A stretch of 64,000 nt of DNA from Candidatus Woesearchaeota archaeon (lineage in GTDB: Archaea > Nanobdellota > Nanobdellia > Woesearchaeales > ARS49), in assembly GCA_016215315.1 (NCBI GenBank), contig JACRKG010000011.1:537-64536 (forward strand). The letters are read 5' to 3'. A program made the translations under genes and the position numbers. The notes under the pieces were generated by a model. That model made no database searches and had not been told where the DNA came from. It saw nothing but the letters and a program-made list of their open reading frames with translations. Positions 1-9,666 of this stretch are shown in pieces (within the stretch, counting starts at the first letter, position 1; each line of letters opens with the position of its first letter).

Positions 1-1015
1 ATGGCATGCTAGAGGTATTGCAGACGATAAAGGACCAGTATTTGCGTTCATCAAAGCAGTAGAAACGTTGCAAAACACTAGCGGATTGAAATTAAACACG
101 AAATTTTTAATAGAAGGCGAAGAAGAAGGCAAAAGCAATTTAGGTGACTGCATCAAAGAAAATGCATCAAGATTAAAGTGTGATTGCGTGTTAGTCTGTG
201 ATACTGAATGGTTAAATGAAGAAACAATAGCAATACCTTGTGGCTTAAGAGGAATAGTTTATGCATACATTCGTGTTAATGGTCCAAATGTTGATTTACA
301 TTCTGGAACTTTTGGCGGGATGGTAAAAAATCCCCATTTAGAACTAGCAAGAATATTAGTAAACTTAAAAAATGAAAAAGAAAAAATCTTGATTCCTGGC
401 TTTTATGATAGCGTTAAAAAAATAAGTGCAAAAGAAAAAAAACTTCTAGAACTTGTTCCACTAAATATTCAACATTTAGAAAAAGAAGTTGGAACAAAAT
501 TAACAAGTCAGGATAAAGTTGAATTATTAATTAAAAGAAGTGTTTTGCCTACTTTTGAGATTCACGGAATAACCGGAGGATATTTAGGACCTGGAGGAAA
601 GACCATCATTCCTGCTTATGCAGAAGCAAAAGTAAGCATGAGACTGGTTCCCGATCAGAACCCCGAAAAGATTCGTGATTTATTTGTGAGTTATATTAAA
701 GAACTAAATCCAGAAGCAATAGTTGTGGTAGATGGATTGGCAGAACCATTTTTAGTAGATATAAACAACCCTTACATAGAAAAAGCAGCAAAAATACTAG
801 AACAAACTTTTGGAAAAAAAACAGTATTCTTAAGAGAAGGAGCAAGCATCCCTGCAGTAGTTGATTTAAACAAAGAACTAAAAGTTCCAGTAGTGTTATT
901 CGGAATAAACAATCACGACTGTGATATTCATTCACCAAGAGAAAACCTTAATGAACTAAACTTTTACAAAGGAATAGAAGCACTAGCCAAATACTTAGAA
1001 GAATTAGGCAAATGA
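1..1015 (+). CDS. M20/M25/M40 family metallo-dipeptidase (5' partial)
   Basis: Frame is open from position 2 (WHARGIADDKG); motifs EGEEE, DLHSG, GASIP, IHSPRE. Confidence 0.9.
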   Translation, partial: WHARGIADDKGPVFAFIKAVETLQNTSGLKLNTKFLIEGEEEGKSNLGDCIKENASRLKCDCVLVCDTEWLNEETIAIPCGLRGIVYAYIRVNGPNVDLHSGTFGGMVKNPHLELARILVNLKNEKEKILIPGFYDSVKKISAKEKKLLELVPLNIQHLEKEVGTKLTSQDKVELLIKRSVLPTFEIHGITGGYLGPGGKTIIPAYAEAKVSMRLVPDQNPEKIRDLFVSYIKELNPEAIVVVDGLAEPFLVDINNPYIEKAAKILEQTFGKKTVFLREGASIPAVVDLNKELKVPVVLFGINNHDCDIHSPRENLNELNFYKGIEALAKYLEELGK

Positions 1016-1668
1016 AAGATTTAACCATAATCATTCCAACACTTAACGAAGAAAAAAACATACCCCGCGTTTTGCAGGCGTGCAAAACATACACAAAAAA
1101 CATTCTTGTTGTTGATGATGACAGCACAGATAAAACAAGACAATTGGCTGAAAAAGCTGGCGCAAAAGTAATTCACAGAACAAAAAATAAAGGTTTAACC
1201 GCCAGTGTTTTGGACGGAGTCCAAAACACAAAAACAAAATATTTCATTGTGATGGATGGCGACGGACAACATGATATTACTAAGATTTCAAAAATACGAG
1301 AACTTCTTGAAAGCCACGATTTAGTTGTGGGTGTGCGGGAGTCTGTTCCGGGCTGGCCTTGGCATAGAAAATTAATGTCCAAAATAGCAGAAAATTTAGG
1401 AAAAATAAGACTAAAACTCACAGGAACTAACTGTGGCGATATCTTATCCGGTTTTTTCGGAGCTAGAACAGAGTATGTTCAAAAGTATTTAGAAAAATAT
1501 CCGCGTTGTTTTGTTTTAGAAGGATATAAAGTTTTATTTGATATTCTTAAAAATTCTAAAAACCTCAAGATAGAAGAAGTAAACTATGTATTTTTAGAAA
1601 GAAAAGAAGGAAAGTCAAAAATAGGAAAAAAACAAGTGATTGCTTTCCTAAAATCAGCAATTCTTTAG
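1012..1668 (+). CDS. GT2 glycosyltransferase (dolichol-phosphate mannosyltransferase-like)
   Basis: IIIPTLNE, VVDDDSTD, MDGDGQH and D..SGFF motifs. Confidence 0.9.
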   Translation: MKDLTIIIPTLNEEKNIPRVLQACKTYTKNILVVDDDSTDKTRQLAEKAGAKVIHRTKNKGLTASVLDGVQNTKTKYFIVMDGDGQHDITKISKIRELLESHDLVVGVRESVPGWPWHRKLMSKIAENLGKIRLKLTGTNCGDILSGFFGARTEYVQKYLEKYPRCFVLEGYKVLFDILKNSKNLKIEEVNYVFLERKEGKSKIGKKQVIAFLKSAIL

Positions 1669-1752
1669 TGATTCAAAAAAATTTAACAAATATTTGCATG
1701 TTAAAAAATAGTTTAAGAAAAGTTTATAAATAAAAAACACGTAGTGTTTTTA

Positions 1753-2247
1753 ATGCGAGTTTTTATTCAAAAAAAAGGTGTGTCTCCGTTAATTGCTACT
1801 TTTCTATTAGTTTTATTATCTGTAGTTCTTGGTGCTGTTGTTATGACTTTTGGTGAAGCATACATTGGAGAAAATGCAGGCTTTGCTAAAGGAGAACCAG
1901 AAGTTGGTTTAGGCTGCGAAACAATCAAGTTTGATATTACAACAATCAGAGGAGTACCTCATGTTTGCATTAAAGAAAGAACTTTAGACATTAGTCTAGA
2001 CAATAGTCCTAATACTATTATTGATGATTTCCATGCAAGAATTCATGGAAGCGAAGGAGTTAGCAATGTGCAAAATCTTCTCGACAAACCTTTAGAAAGA
2101 AACGCAGGAGTTAGATTAAGAATTCCTTATGAGTACGTTGGTAAACCATTAAAAGTAGTAATTACACCAATCAAAAAGACTGGCGGAGCTCTAGCTTATT
2201 GTACTGAAAAAAGTATTCAAATAGAAAACTTACCCGATTGCGAGTAA
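1753..2247 (+). CDS. Archaeal type IV pilin-like protein
   Basis: Class III signal peptide KKG/VSPLIATFLLVLLSVVLGAVV. Confidence 0.85.
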   Translation: MRVFIQKKGVSPLIATFLLVLLSVVLGAVVMTFGEAYIGENAGFAKGEPEVGLGCETIKFDITTIRGVPHVCIKERTLDISLDNSPNTIIDDFHARIHGSEGVSNVQNLLDKPLERNAGVRLRIPYEYVGKPLKVVITPIKKTGGALAYCTEKSIQIENLPDCE

Positions 2248-2306
2248 AAAGAAAGTATTCCTAATTTTTCGTTAGGTTTAAATATTTTCAAGAGTTAATT
2301 GTTTTT

Positions 2307-3047
2307 ATGAGAAAAAGTCTTTACATAAAATCTGCACCTTATTATGATATAGTTGTGGATTCTAAAGTTATAGCTAAAAGTGCAAAATTCATATCGAAGT
2401 TGCTTTCCAGATTTAATGTTAAATCTGTTCTCGAATTAGGTTGTGGAACTGGTTTATACTTTATTCCACTAAAGAAAGATAAATTTGATATTGAAGGATT
2501 AGATCTAAGCCAAAGTATGCTTAAAGAAGCTAGAAAGAAGAGCAAAACTATAAAATTGTATAAAAAAGACATGTCAACTTTCAAAATCAATAAGAAATAC
2601 GATGCAATAATTTGTTTAAATTCTTCATTACTTGCTCTTCCAAACTTTCAGCTTATTAAGAAGACTATCAAAAACATAAGTAAACACCTAAAAGAAGAGG
2701 GCATAATGATTTTATGTCTCCCAAATCATTCCAAAGAAATAAAGGAATCAAACAATGAAAGATCAGAAGAAACACACAAAATCACAGGAGGTATTCTAAA
2801 ATCAATCTGTTTCTCTCATAAAAAAGGAAACAAATGGATTGAAGAATGGCACGGAACTGTTAAAAAAGGAAACAAATCATACAAGTTCAAAGACGTGTTT
2901 GAAGAATTTATATTTTCTCCAAAAGAACTAGAAACTTTCCTTAAAATAACTGGTTTCGAAATACTAAAAATCTACGGTTCAAGAACAGGCGGAAATTTCA
3001 ATAACAAAAATTCATATCGTAGAGTTTACTTATGTAAAAAACAATAA
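2307..3047 (+). CDS. Class I SAM-dependent methyltransferase
   Basis: VLELGCGTG, GLDLSQSML and YDAIIC motifs. Confidence 0.92.
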   Translation: MRKSLYIKSAPYYDIVVDSKVIAKSAKFISKLLSRFNVKSVLELGCGTGLYFIPLKKDKFDIEGLDLSQSMLKEARKKSKTIKLYKKDMSTFKINKKYDAIICLNSSLLALPNFQLIKKTIKNISKHLKEEGIMILCLPNHSKEIKESNNERSEETHKITGGILKSICFSHKKGNKWIEEWHGTVKKGNKSYKFKDVFEEFIFSPKELETFLKITGFEILKIYGSRTGGNFNNKNSYRRVYLCKKQ

Positions 3048-3087
3048 CTCACAAATTATTTATGTAGTTTAAAATTAAGGAGTTATT

Positions 3088-3324
3088 ATGCACGATTTAA
3101 ACTCGATAGGCATACCGATAAATCCAAACAAACACCCTGCTAAAAAATCACTATTTAGTGAGTTTTTTGAAGGATTGTCATTAATTTTTATTGGCACTGG
3201 AGATATAATCGGAATTATATTTTCTTTAATTCACGCAGTTATTTTTATTCTTTACTGGACATTATTTCTAATAGAAAGATTTATTTTAAGATTAAACATA
3301 GACAAACCAAAGGTTAAAAAATAA
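3088..3324 (+). CDS. Small membrane protein
   Basis: GGAG RBS, hydrophobic central stretch. Confidence 0.6.
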   Translation: MHDLNSIGIPINPNKHPAKKSLFSEFFEGLSLIFIGTGDIIGIIFSLIHAVIFILYWTLFLIERFILRLNIDKPKVKK

Positions 3325-3334
3325 TATTTTATAC

Positions 3335-3361
3335 AACTTTAAATAATCAACCAAATAAATC
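3335..3361 (+). repeat. 27-bp direct repeat, copy 1 (duplicate of the promoter region at 4035-4061)
   Basis: AACTTTAAATAATCAACC(A/G)AATAAATC, one mismatch, 700 bp apart. Confidence 0.85.
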
Positions 3362-3380
3362 TATTTTTAAAAACTACTTT

Positions 3381-3716
3381 TTACTCTATCTCTATCAACA
3401 ATTTGTTATCTCCCACTTTTGATATTAAAACTTCTTCAGTTCCTTTAAGTTTAAGTTCTCGTTCTATGTCCGAAGGTATTCTTAATACTGTTCCTCTGGC
3501 GCTCTTACTTAACTTCCGATGTAATTTTAGTTGTGTTCCCCAAACACCTAGTTTTCTTGCTTGTTGAATCATTCTGTTACCTTCTTCTTCTCCAATAAAT
3601 TCTTCACTGCAAAGACCACACCTTTTTCCTTTAGCTATAAATACCACTCCATCCAAACTATTAATGACATCGTTTACTTCCATTAGTTCTCCTTTTTCAC
3701 ATTTTGGACACTTCAT
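3381..3716 (-). CDS. Putative antitoxin: YgiT/MqsA-type Zn finger plus AbrB-like domain
   Basis: CPKC...CGLC, then RKLSKSARGTVLRIPSDI; start overlaps the partner's stop. Confidence 0.75.
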   Translation of the reverse strand: MKCPKCEKGELMEVNDVINSLDGVVFIAKGKRCGLCSEEFIGEEEGNRMIQQARKLGVWGTQLKLHRKLSKSARGTVLRIPSDIERELKLKGTEEVLISKVGDNKLLIEIE

Positions 3717-3976
3717 TTTCTTTTTCCTCCTTCCGAACCAGTTATGCAAAACAATATATCGTCCATGAAATAATACACAGAGACTACTTTTTTGAAACCT
3801 TGTTTTTGAACATAAATTTCATATTTGTTTTTTCCGACTTTTTCTATTTTATATGCATCTCTTACTGCTTCGCGTAATTCATGAAAGTCCCAATTCCACT
3901 TATTCATATATTTAAGTGCAAAGTGTTTGCTCACATCAATCTTAACTTGATAAATGTTCCAAGGAACTTTCACCAT
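3713..3976 (-). CDS. Putative toxin (DUF4258/RelE-like RNase fold)
   Basis: Small basic protein, SKHFALKYM...LFCITG, coupled to a Zn-finger antitoxin. Confidence 0.6.
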   Translation of the reverse strand: MVKVPWNIYQVKIDVSKHFALKYMNKWNWDFHELREAVRDAYKIEKVGKNKYEIYVQKQGFKKVVSVYYFMDDILFCITGSEGGKRK

Positions 3977-4034
3977 ATTTTCACTATCTTTTCATCATAT
4001 TTAAATCTTTCGCAAAAAAGTAAAAATTCTGTAA

Positions 4035-4061
4035 AACTTTAAATAATCAACCGAATAAATC
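4035..4061 (+). promoter_or_regulatory. TATA-containing promoter of the NFACT gene; direct repeat copy 2
   Basis: TTTAAATA about 25-30 nt before ATG 4069. Confidence 0.7.
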
Positions 4062-4068
4062 CTTTTTT

Positions 4069-4845
4069 ATGTTACTCGAATTCGACCTTAATAAGAACGT
4101 TGCTCAGAATGCTGAAGATTATTATGCTAGAAGTAAAAAGGTGAAGAAAAAAATTGAAGGTGTCGAAAATGCTATTGCTAAGTTTAAAAAAGAGTTAGAA
4201 CAAGAGATTAAGAAAGAAGTCAAGAAAGAAGCGCACAAAGAAGTTCAGAAAATCGAGTTAGTTAAGAAATGGTATCACAAATTTAGGTGGTTTTTTAGCA
4301 GTGAAGGATTTCTTTGCATTGGCGGAAGAGATGCAACAACAAATGATATTGTTATCAAAAAACATACTGATCCAACTGACATAGTTTTTCATACAGAATC
4401 ACCAGGAAGTCCTTTTTTTGTTATAAAAAGTGAAGGAAAAAAAATAGGTGAAGCAACAATTCAAGAAACGGCTATTGCTACTGGAAGTTTTTCTAGAGCC
4501 TGGAAACAAGGAGTTACTAATACAGAAGTTTTTCATGTTAATCCTGACCAAGTAAGCAAGGAAGCTAATACTGGAGAATTTTTAACTAAGGGAGCTTTTA
4601 TGATATATGGAAAAAAAAACAATATTCAAGTCAAGCTAGAATTAGCCATAGGACTAAAAGATAATGAATTAATGTGCGGTCCCATTGAAGCAGTAAAGAA
4701 ATATTGCACTACTTACTTAATAGTAAATCAAGGCAGTCAGAAACCCAGCGATGCTGCCAAAAAGATAAAACAATCCATAAATGCAGAGTTAGACGATATA
4801 ATCCGAGTTCTTCCAGCAGGAGACATGCACGTAGAAAAAAACTGA
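4069..4845 (+). CDS. NFACT/Rqc2-family protein (coiled coil + NFACT-R), short form
   Basis: QNAEDYY..SKK, KWYHKFRWFFSSEGFLCIGGRDATTND, KGAFMIYG. Confidence 0.9.
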   Translation: MLLEFDLNKNVAQNAEDYYARSKKVKKKIEGVENAIAKFKKELEQEIKKEVKKEAHKEVQKIELVKKWYHKFRWFFSSEGFLCIGGRDATTNDIVIKKHTDPTDIVFHTESPGSPFFVIKSEGKKIGEATIQETAIATGSFSRAWKQGVTNTEVFHVNPDQVSKEANTGEFLTKGAFMIYGKKNNIQVKLELAIGLKDNELMCGPIEAVKKYCTTYLIVNQGSQKPSDAAKKIKQSINAELDDIIRVLPAGDMHVEKN

Positions 4846-4977
4846 TACCTCTAGACACAAGAAATGTGTGGTATCCATGTTGTCTTCTGGCATCAAACAT
4901 TACGGTCGTCATAGAGTTTTGCGCGAGCAAAACTCTAGAATCGCAATTTTTATAAAAAAAGGCCACTTTCGGCCATT
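4844..4977 (+). other. Hairpin-rich intergenic region
   Basis: GATACC/GGTATC stem; perfect TAGAGTTTTGC-GCGA-GCAAAACTCTA hairpin; GGCC/GGCC stem before ATG 4979. Confidence 0.5.
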
Positions 4978-4978
4978 T

Positions 4979-5446
4979 ATGAAGCAAATTTTGGAAGTTA
5001 CCAGAATAAAGCAAGAAAAAGAGGAATACAGCGGCATTGCTGCACTGTGCATGGTTTTGAATTTTTATGGAACAAAAACAGATCAAGAGGATTTAGCGTC
5101 TAATTTCTTACTTAACGGAGCTTATGATAAAGAGTTATTAAAAAGTGCTACAAGTCAAGGATTTTTTGCTTATTCGCACAAAAATGCTTCACTAGATACA
5201 ATCGTTAGTTTATTAAAACAAGGAATTCCTGCAATCGCAAAAACAAAAGGCAGTTCAAAAAAACCATTGTATTGCGTAATAACTGGTTATGATTTAGATA
5301 CAAAAGAAGTTTACTTTAACGATCCTTCAGATTTAAGAAGAACAAAACTCAATTTTGAAAATTTCCAAAAAACTTGGACTTTAGAAGACAACAAAAGAGG
5401 ATACAAGAATTTCTTAGTTAGCGTTAAACCAAAGAAGAAGAAATAA
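4979..5446 (+). CDS. C39 peptidase-like protein, probably inactive
   Basis: Q...YSGIAALCMVLNFYG, LYCVITGYD, YFNDP; catalytic Cys and His positions substituted. Confidence 0.75.
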   Translation: MKQILEVTRIKQEKEEYSGIAALCMVLNFYGTKTDQEDLASNFLLNGAYDKELLKSATSQGFFAYSHKNASLDTIVSLLKQGIPAIAKTKGSSKKPLYCVITGYDLDTKEVYFNDPSDLRRTKLNFENFQKTWTLEDNKRGYKNFLVSVKPKKKK

Positions 5447-5448
5447 TT

Positions 5449-7758
5449 TTATTCTCCGTACTTCATAACTTTGTTAGTATTAACAACTAAAGGAACTGAA
5501 TAAACTAATCCATTTTTGTTAATGAATTCCAAATTATATCTTTCCATTGATTTAGGAAACAAACCTACTTTTGAAGGTCTTAAAGGTCTTTGTGCTGGAC
5601 CGTCAAAACTTATATCAAAATCATTTAGCAGTATTGCTTCTGGATTTTTTAAGTATTCTTTTACACCATGACCGGGTGGAACATAAATATCACCTAATAG
5701 TCCTGCAGTATTTAATTTATATTTTAGATTGCTTAATATAATTGAGCTGCCGCTTATTGATGCGCTAATCCTTACGTCGCCTTCTTGGTATTGATTATTA
5801 TTTGCATTTAATGCTCCTTTTGTAAAATCATTATCAGTTACATCATCATCTAAAAATGTGAATTTATTTGCTCCTAAAAAGAATTCTACTGAATTAAAAT
5901 TTGGACCAATGATGATATTTGATACTGCAACAAGTTCTCCTGAAGGAAGAGGTTCTACATCGCCGACTTTCATTTTTGGCAAGAGATAGCCATTAATTTC
6001 TAGTAAAACATCTTTGTTAGCTGAACTAATAACTTTAACTTCAACATCAAAAGTATTGCCGCCCAGTGCATATGTTTGTTTATCTCCTTCGTTTAATATG
6101 TCTCCAAGTAATCCTCCAACTAAAGTTAGCTTTAATGAATTTCCACTTATTGAAGCACTCAAAACTTTATAGCTCGACCAACCAATCCTTATCTCTTTAC
6201 CAATCCAGTCAGGAACGTTGTTGTTTACTACATTTCCATTAATTCCACCAACAAGATCTATTTGGTAAGTGAATATTTCTTCACCTTTTTTATAAAACAA
6301 GAAGTTTCCAACATTATCAAGTTGATCTTTTCCAAATATTATTTGTCCAGAAGTTTTTGGTAAATCCACATATTGTTCATATTGTGTAACTCCAGATTGC
6401 GTTGAAATAGTTCCCGCACCTAATCTAGGCAAGTCATACTGAGTAAACACAGGCCTTACATCCCCCAAATATTCATTAAGTTCTAAATTATTATTGGGTT
6501 CTTCAACTTTTACCGTGTCACCACTTAATTCTAAGAACGTTTCATAAAATAATTGATTAATTGGCACTTCCATTGTTAATTCTCCATTTCCAATTCTATT
6601 CATTGGTTTGAATAATTCCAGGAAATCACCATAAACATTTCTTTGTTGTGAAATTTCAGGAGTGGATGGTAAAGCTATCAAGCCCGGAATTATTTTTCCA
6701 AGATTTAAAACAGTGCCTGATTTCTCCACAGTTATTTTGGTTACTTCATTTGTATTCAAGCTTTCTATTTTTTTCTTAGGCGTTTCTATTGTCACATCAA
6801 AAGATTTTGAATTTTTTAAATCATTTGTATCGCCTAAATCAATTTCTTGTCCGGCATCAGTCATTAATCTTAATTCTGTTCCATCAATTTTACTATCACC
6901 GTTCATATCAATAGAGAGCAATCCCGTTGGATCGACAAAAACATCATGAGATACTCCGCCAGTTATTAATGATGCTTCGCCCATTATTCCTTGCTGTGAA
7001 GAAGGATGATAAACAATTTGTTTTGTTCCACTAGCCAAATCTGTAAATGTCAAAACAGTATTAACAGCAGCAATATCTTCATATTTCAAAATGTTTGTTT
7101 CGTATCCATTAACAACAAAGTAATCTTTTTCAGTTATTTTAAAATCAAGCTTATCTTGTGGTTCAAAATAATAAAGCATTTTGTAGCCTAAAGATCCTCT
7201 TGGTTGAGTTACTGGAGTAGGTAAAACTTGTGTTGGAGGATTAGGAATTTGAACGAGTGGAGTTGTTTTTAGATTAAATGTCAAAACCTCTGCTGCGCAA
7301 TCAAAAGGATAAAATGTCAAGTTAGGTTTTTGCCAGTTAACATTGCAAGTGTAAAATAATAAATGATAATCTTGCGGTTGCAAACCCGCAGTACTTATCA
7401 TATCACTGACCGCTGCGCCATTAAACCAGCCAGTATTTCCTAAAGGAATTCCTTTTTTGAAATCCCAAGAATTAATTGAAGTCAAAGGATTATCAGGATA
7501 CAAAGCAAAAGTACCCCAAATAAAATCTGCCTTAGCAGCAAGAGAAATTCTTTCACCAACAAAAGGATCCCTATTAACCAAGGCTCCAGAGTTATCAAAG
7601 ACTCCTAAAGCAATGTTTTTTGCATCAATAAACCCGAAAGGATCATTTGGAGGACCATAATACTTATCTAAGCCATGAAACTTAATCCAATCATCACTAG
7701 TCATGGCAAAAACACTAGGAACTAAAAGGAGCACTAACAAAATCACCAATTTTTTCAT
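5449..7758 (-). CDS. S-layer-like secreted protein
   Basis: Signal peptide, Pro/Thr linker, beta-rich body (LELNEYLGDV, EGDKQTYALGG, VEFFLGANK). Confidence 0.7.
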   Translation of the reverse strand: MKKLVILLVLLLVPSVFAMTSDDWIKFHGLDKYYGPPNDPFGFIDAKNIALGVFDNSGALVNRDPFVGERISLAAKADFIWGTFALYPDNPLTSINSWDFKKGIPLGNTGWFNGAAVSDMISTAGLQPQDYHLLFYTCNVNWQKPNLTFYPFDCAAEVLTFNLKTTPLVQIPNPPTQVLPTPVTQPRGSLGYKMLYYFEPQDKLDFKITEKDYFVVNGYETNILKYEDIAAVNTVLTFTDLASGTKQIVYHPSSQQGIMGEASLITGGVSHDVFVDPTGLLSIDMNGDSKIDGTELRLMTDAGQEIDLGDTNDLKNSKSFDVTIETPKKKIESLNTNEVTKITVEKSGTVLNLGKIIPGLIALPSTPEISQQRNVYGDFLELFKPMNRIGNGELTMEVPINQLFYETFLELSGDTVKVEEPNNNLELNEYLGDVRPVFTQYDLPRLGAGTISTQSGVTQYEQYVDLPKTSGQIIFGKDQLDNVGNFLFYKKGEEIFTYQIDLVGGINGNVVNNNVPDWIGKEIRIGWSSYKVLSASISGNSLKLTLVGGLLGDILNEGDKQTYALGGNTFDVEVKVISSANKDVLLEINGYLLPKMKVGDVEPLPSGELVAVSNIIIGPNFNSVEFFLGANKFTFLDDDVTDNDFTKGALNANNNQYQEGDVRISASISGSSIILSNLKYKLNTAGLLGDIYVPPGHGVKEYLKNPEAILLNDFDISFDGPAQRPLRPSKVGLFPKSMERYNLEFINKNGLVYSVPLVVNTNKVMKYGE

Positions 7759-7869
7759 AAAAATACTGCGTATTTTTTAATTTATAAATTTTTGCTTTCG
7801 CAAAAATTCGAACAAGAAAAACTCAAGATTTTTAAAGTCCAAACCACAATTTAGCTTATAGTTAATGGT

Positions 7870-7954
7870 TTGCAGCGATAAACTCATCTGCCATCCGACA
7901 CCTAGTAAAATTTACGGTACCGACCGATGCCAGAAGTGTTTTATCCGACTGCAA
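7870..7954 (+). promoter_or_regulatory. Structured leader, riboswitch-like motif copy 1
   Basis: CGACACC..GGTACCG..GATGCC inside nested stems TTGCAG/CTGCAA and GATAAA/TTTATC. Confidence 0.65.
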
Positions 7955-7974
7955 GAGTAAAAAAGAGGTATATA

Positions 7975-9636
7975 GTGGCTCAAATATTATTAGAAGTAGG
8001 AATTATTTTCTTAGTTGCAGGACTATTCGCCTTATTATCAAAAGTTCTAAAACAACCATTAATTATAGGATACTTAATTGCAGGTTTGCTTATTGGACCT
8101 TCTGGATTTGGATTAATAAAAGGCGAAGAAGTAATTAGTTCTTTATCAGAATTAGGAGTTGCATTCTTACTATTCATAGTGGGTATGCAGTTGGATTTTA
8201 GAAAACTAAAAAGTTTAGGAAAAATAGTATTAACTGCAGGTTCGGCACAAATAATTCTTACTTTTGCAATAACGTACTTGGTCTTGCTACAATTTTCTTT
8301 TCTTGCTAATTCAGCAATTTATTTAGCTTTTGCACTTACTTTAAGCAGCACAATTGTTGTTGCTAAATTATTAGAAGAAAAAGGAGGATTTAGCTCTCTT
8401 CATGGACGTATAATTTTAGGAATTTTATTAACTCAAGACATCGTTGCTCTTTGCGCACTAACACTCTTATCGGCAGGAGAATTCTCATTAAACACCGTTT
8501 TTTTTGCAATACTTAAACTAGCAATACTGATTTTTGCAGCAGTATTTTTTAATACAACTTTTTTACCTCAAGCATTCAAGTTTTTTGCTAAATCAAGAGA
8601 ATTATTATTTGTAACTTCAATAATGTGGTTTTTTACTGTAATGCTAGGAACAAACTTATTAGGTCTCTCACAATCAATCGGGGCTTTCCTTGCGGGAATA
8701 AGCTTAGCATCAATATCCTACAATTTAGAAATAGAAAGCAAAGCAGTTGCTCTTAGAGATTTTTTTAGTACAATTTTTTTCGTAACTGTCGGAATGCAGA
8801 TAACCTTGGCAAACTTTAATTTTTGGTTCATTCCAATAATTTTAGTATCACTTTTTGTATTGATAGGAAATCCAATAATTGTATTTTTCTCAACAATACT
8901 TTTTGGTTTTACAGCAAGAACTGCTCTTTTGAGCGGACTGGCATTAGGTCAAGTAAGTGAGTTCTCACTCGTTTTTATTTCACTAGCACATCAATTAAAC
9001 TTAGTACCAAAAGAAGTACTTAGCTTTACTGCCTTAGTTGCGCTGCTAACTTTCATAGGGTCAACATACTCCATATTATATGATAGAAAAATATGCAATT
9101 TACTCAAACCAGCATTAGACAAAGTAAATAAATGGATCAAGAAAAAAGAAAAAACTTCTTACGTTCCTAAAAAGTACAGCCCCGAAATTATTATTTGCGG
9201 TTATGGAAGAGTTGGGAAAAAAATAGGATTAACACTCAAGAAGAAAAAAATTTTAGTGATAGATTTCAACCCAGAAATCATCAATAAAGTAAAAAAGAAA
9301 AAACCCGCAATATACGGAGATATAGGTGATGAGGAAATACTAAACAGACTCCCACTATCAAAGACAGAAATGGTAGTTTCAACAATAGGAGACCTTAACG
9401 ATACAAAGAAAATAATTAATCATGTTAAAGCGTACAACAAAAAAATAAAAGTAATAGTAACTGCATCAGAAGCAAGTGATGCTTTACTGCTTTATGATCA
9501 AGGGGCAGATTATGTTCTCGTTCCTCACTTAATAGGCGGAGAATATGCAGCATTATTGATTAACAAAGGAAATGTAGGGGCTAAAAAATTAAAGAGAAAG
9601 AAAGAAATACATATCAAAAAATTAAGAAAACTTTAA
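7975..9636 (+). CDS. CPA2 cation:proton antiporter (KefB/C-like) with C-terminal TrkA-N/RCK domain
   Basis: ELGVAFLLFIVG, LSSTIVV, QDI, QVSEFS, CGYGRVG; GTG start after GAGG RBS. Confidence 0.93.
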   Translation: MAQILLEVGIIFLVAGLFALLSKVLKQPLIIGYLIAGLLIGPSGFGLIKGEEVISSLSELGVAFLLFIVGMQLDFRKLKSLGKIVLTAGSAQIILTFAITYLVLLQFSFLANSAIYLAFALTLSSTIVVAKLLEEKGGFSSLHGRIILGILLTQDIVALCALTLLSAGEFSLNTVFFAILKLAILIFAAVFFNTTFLPQAFKFFAKSRELLFVTSIMWFFTVMLGTNLLGLSQSIGAFLAGISLASISYNLEIESKAVALRDFFSTIFFVTVGMQITLANFNFWFIPIILVSLFVLIGNPIIVFFSTILFGFTARTALLSGLALGQVSEFSLVFISLAHQLNLVPKEVLSFTALVALLTFIGSTYSILYDRKICNLLKPALDKVNKWIKKKEKTSYVPKKYSPEIIICGYGRVGKKIGLTLKKKKILVIDFNPEIINKVKKKKPAIYGDIGDEEILNRLPLSKTEMVVSTIGDLNDTKKIINHVKAYNKKIKVIVTASEASDALLLYDQGADYVLVPHLIGGEYAALLINKGNVGAKKLKRKKEIHIKKLRKL

Positions 9637-9666
9637 TAACACCAAATACATAATTGAACAAAAAAG

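Noticed and set aside
4885-4945. Fourth copy of the leader motif on the minus strand (GACGACCG..GATGCCAGAAG)
   Set aside because: Lacks the CGACACC block and has no downstream gene in that orientation.
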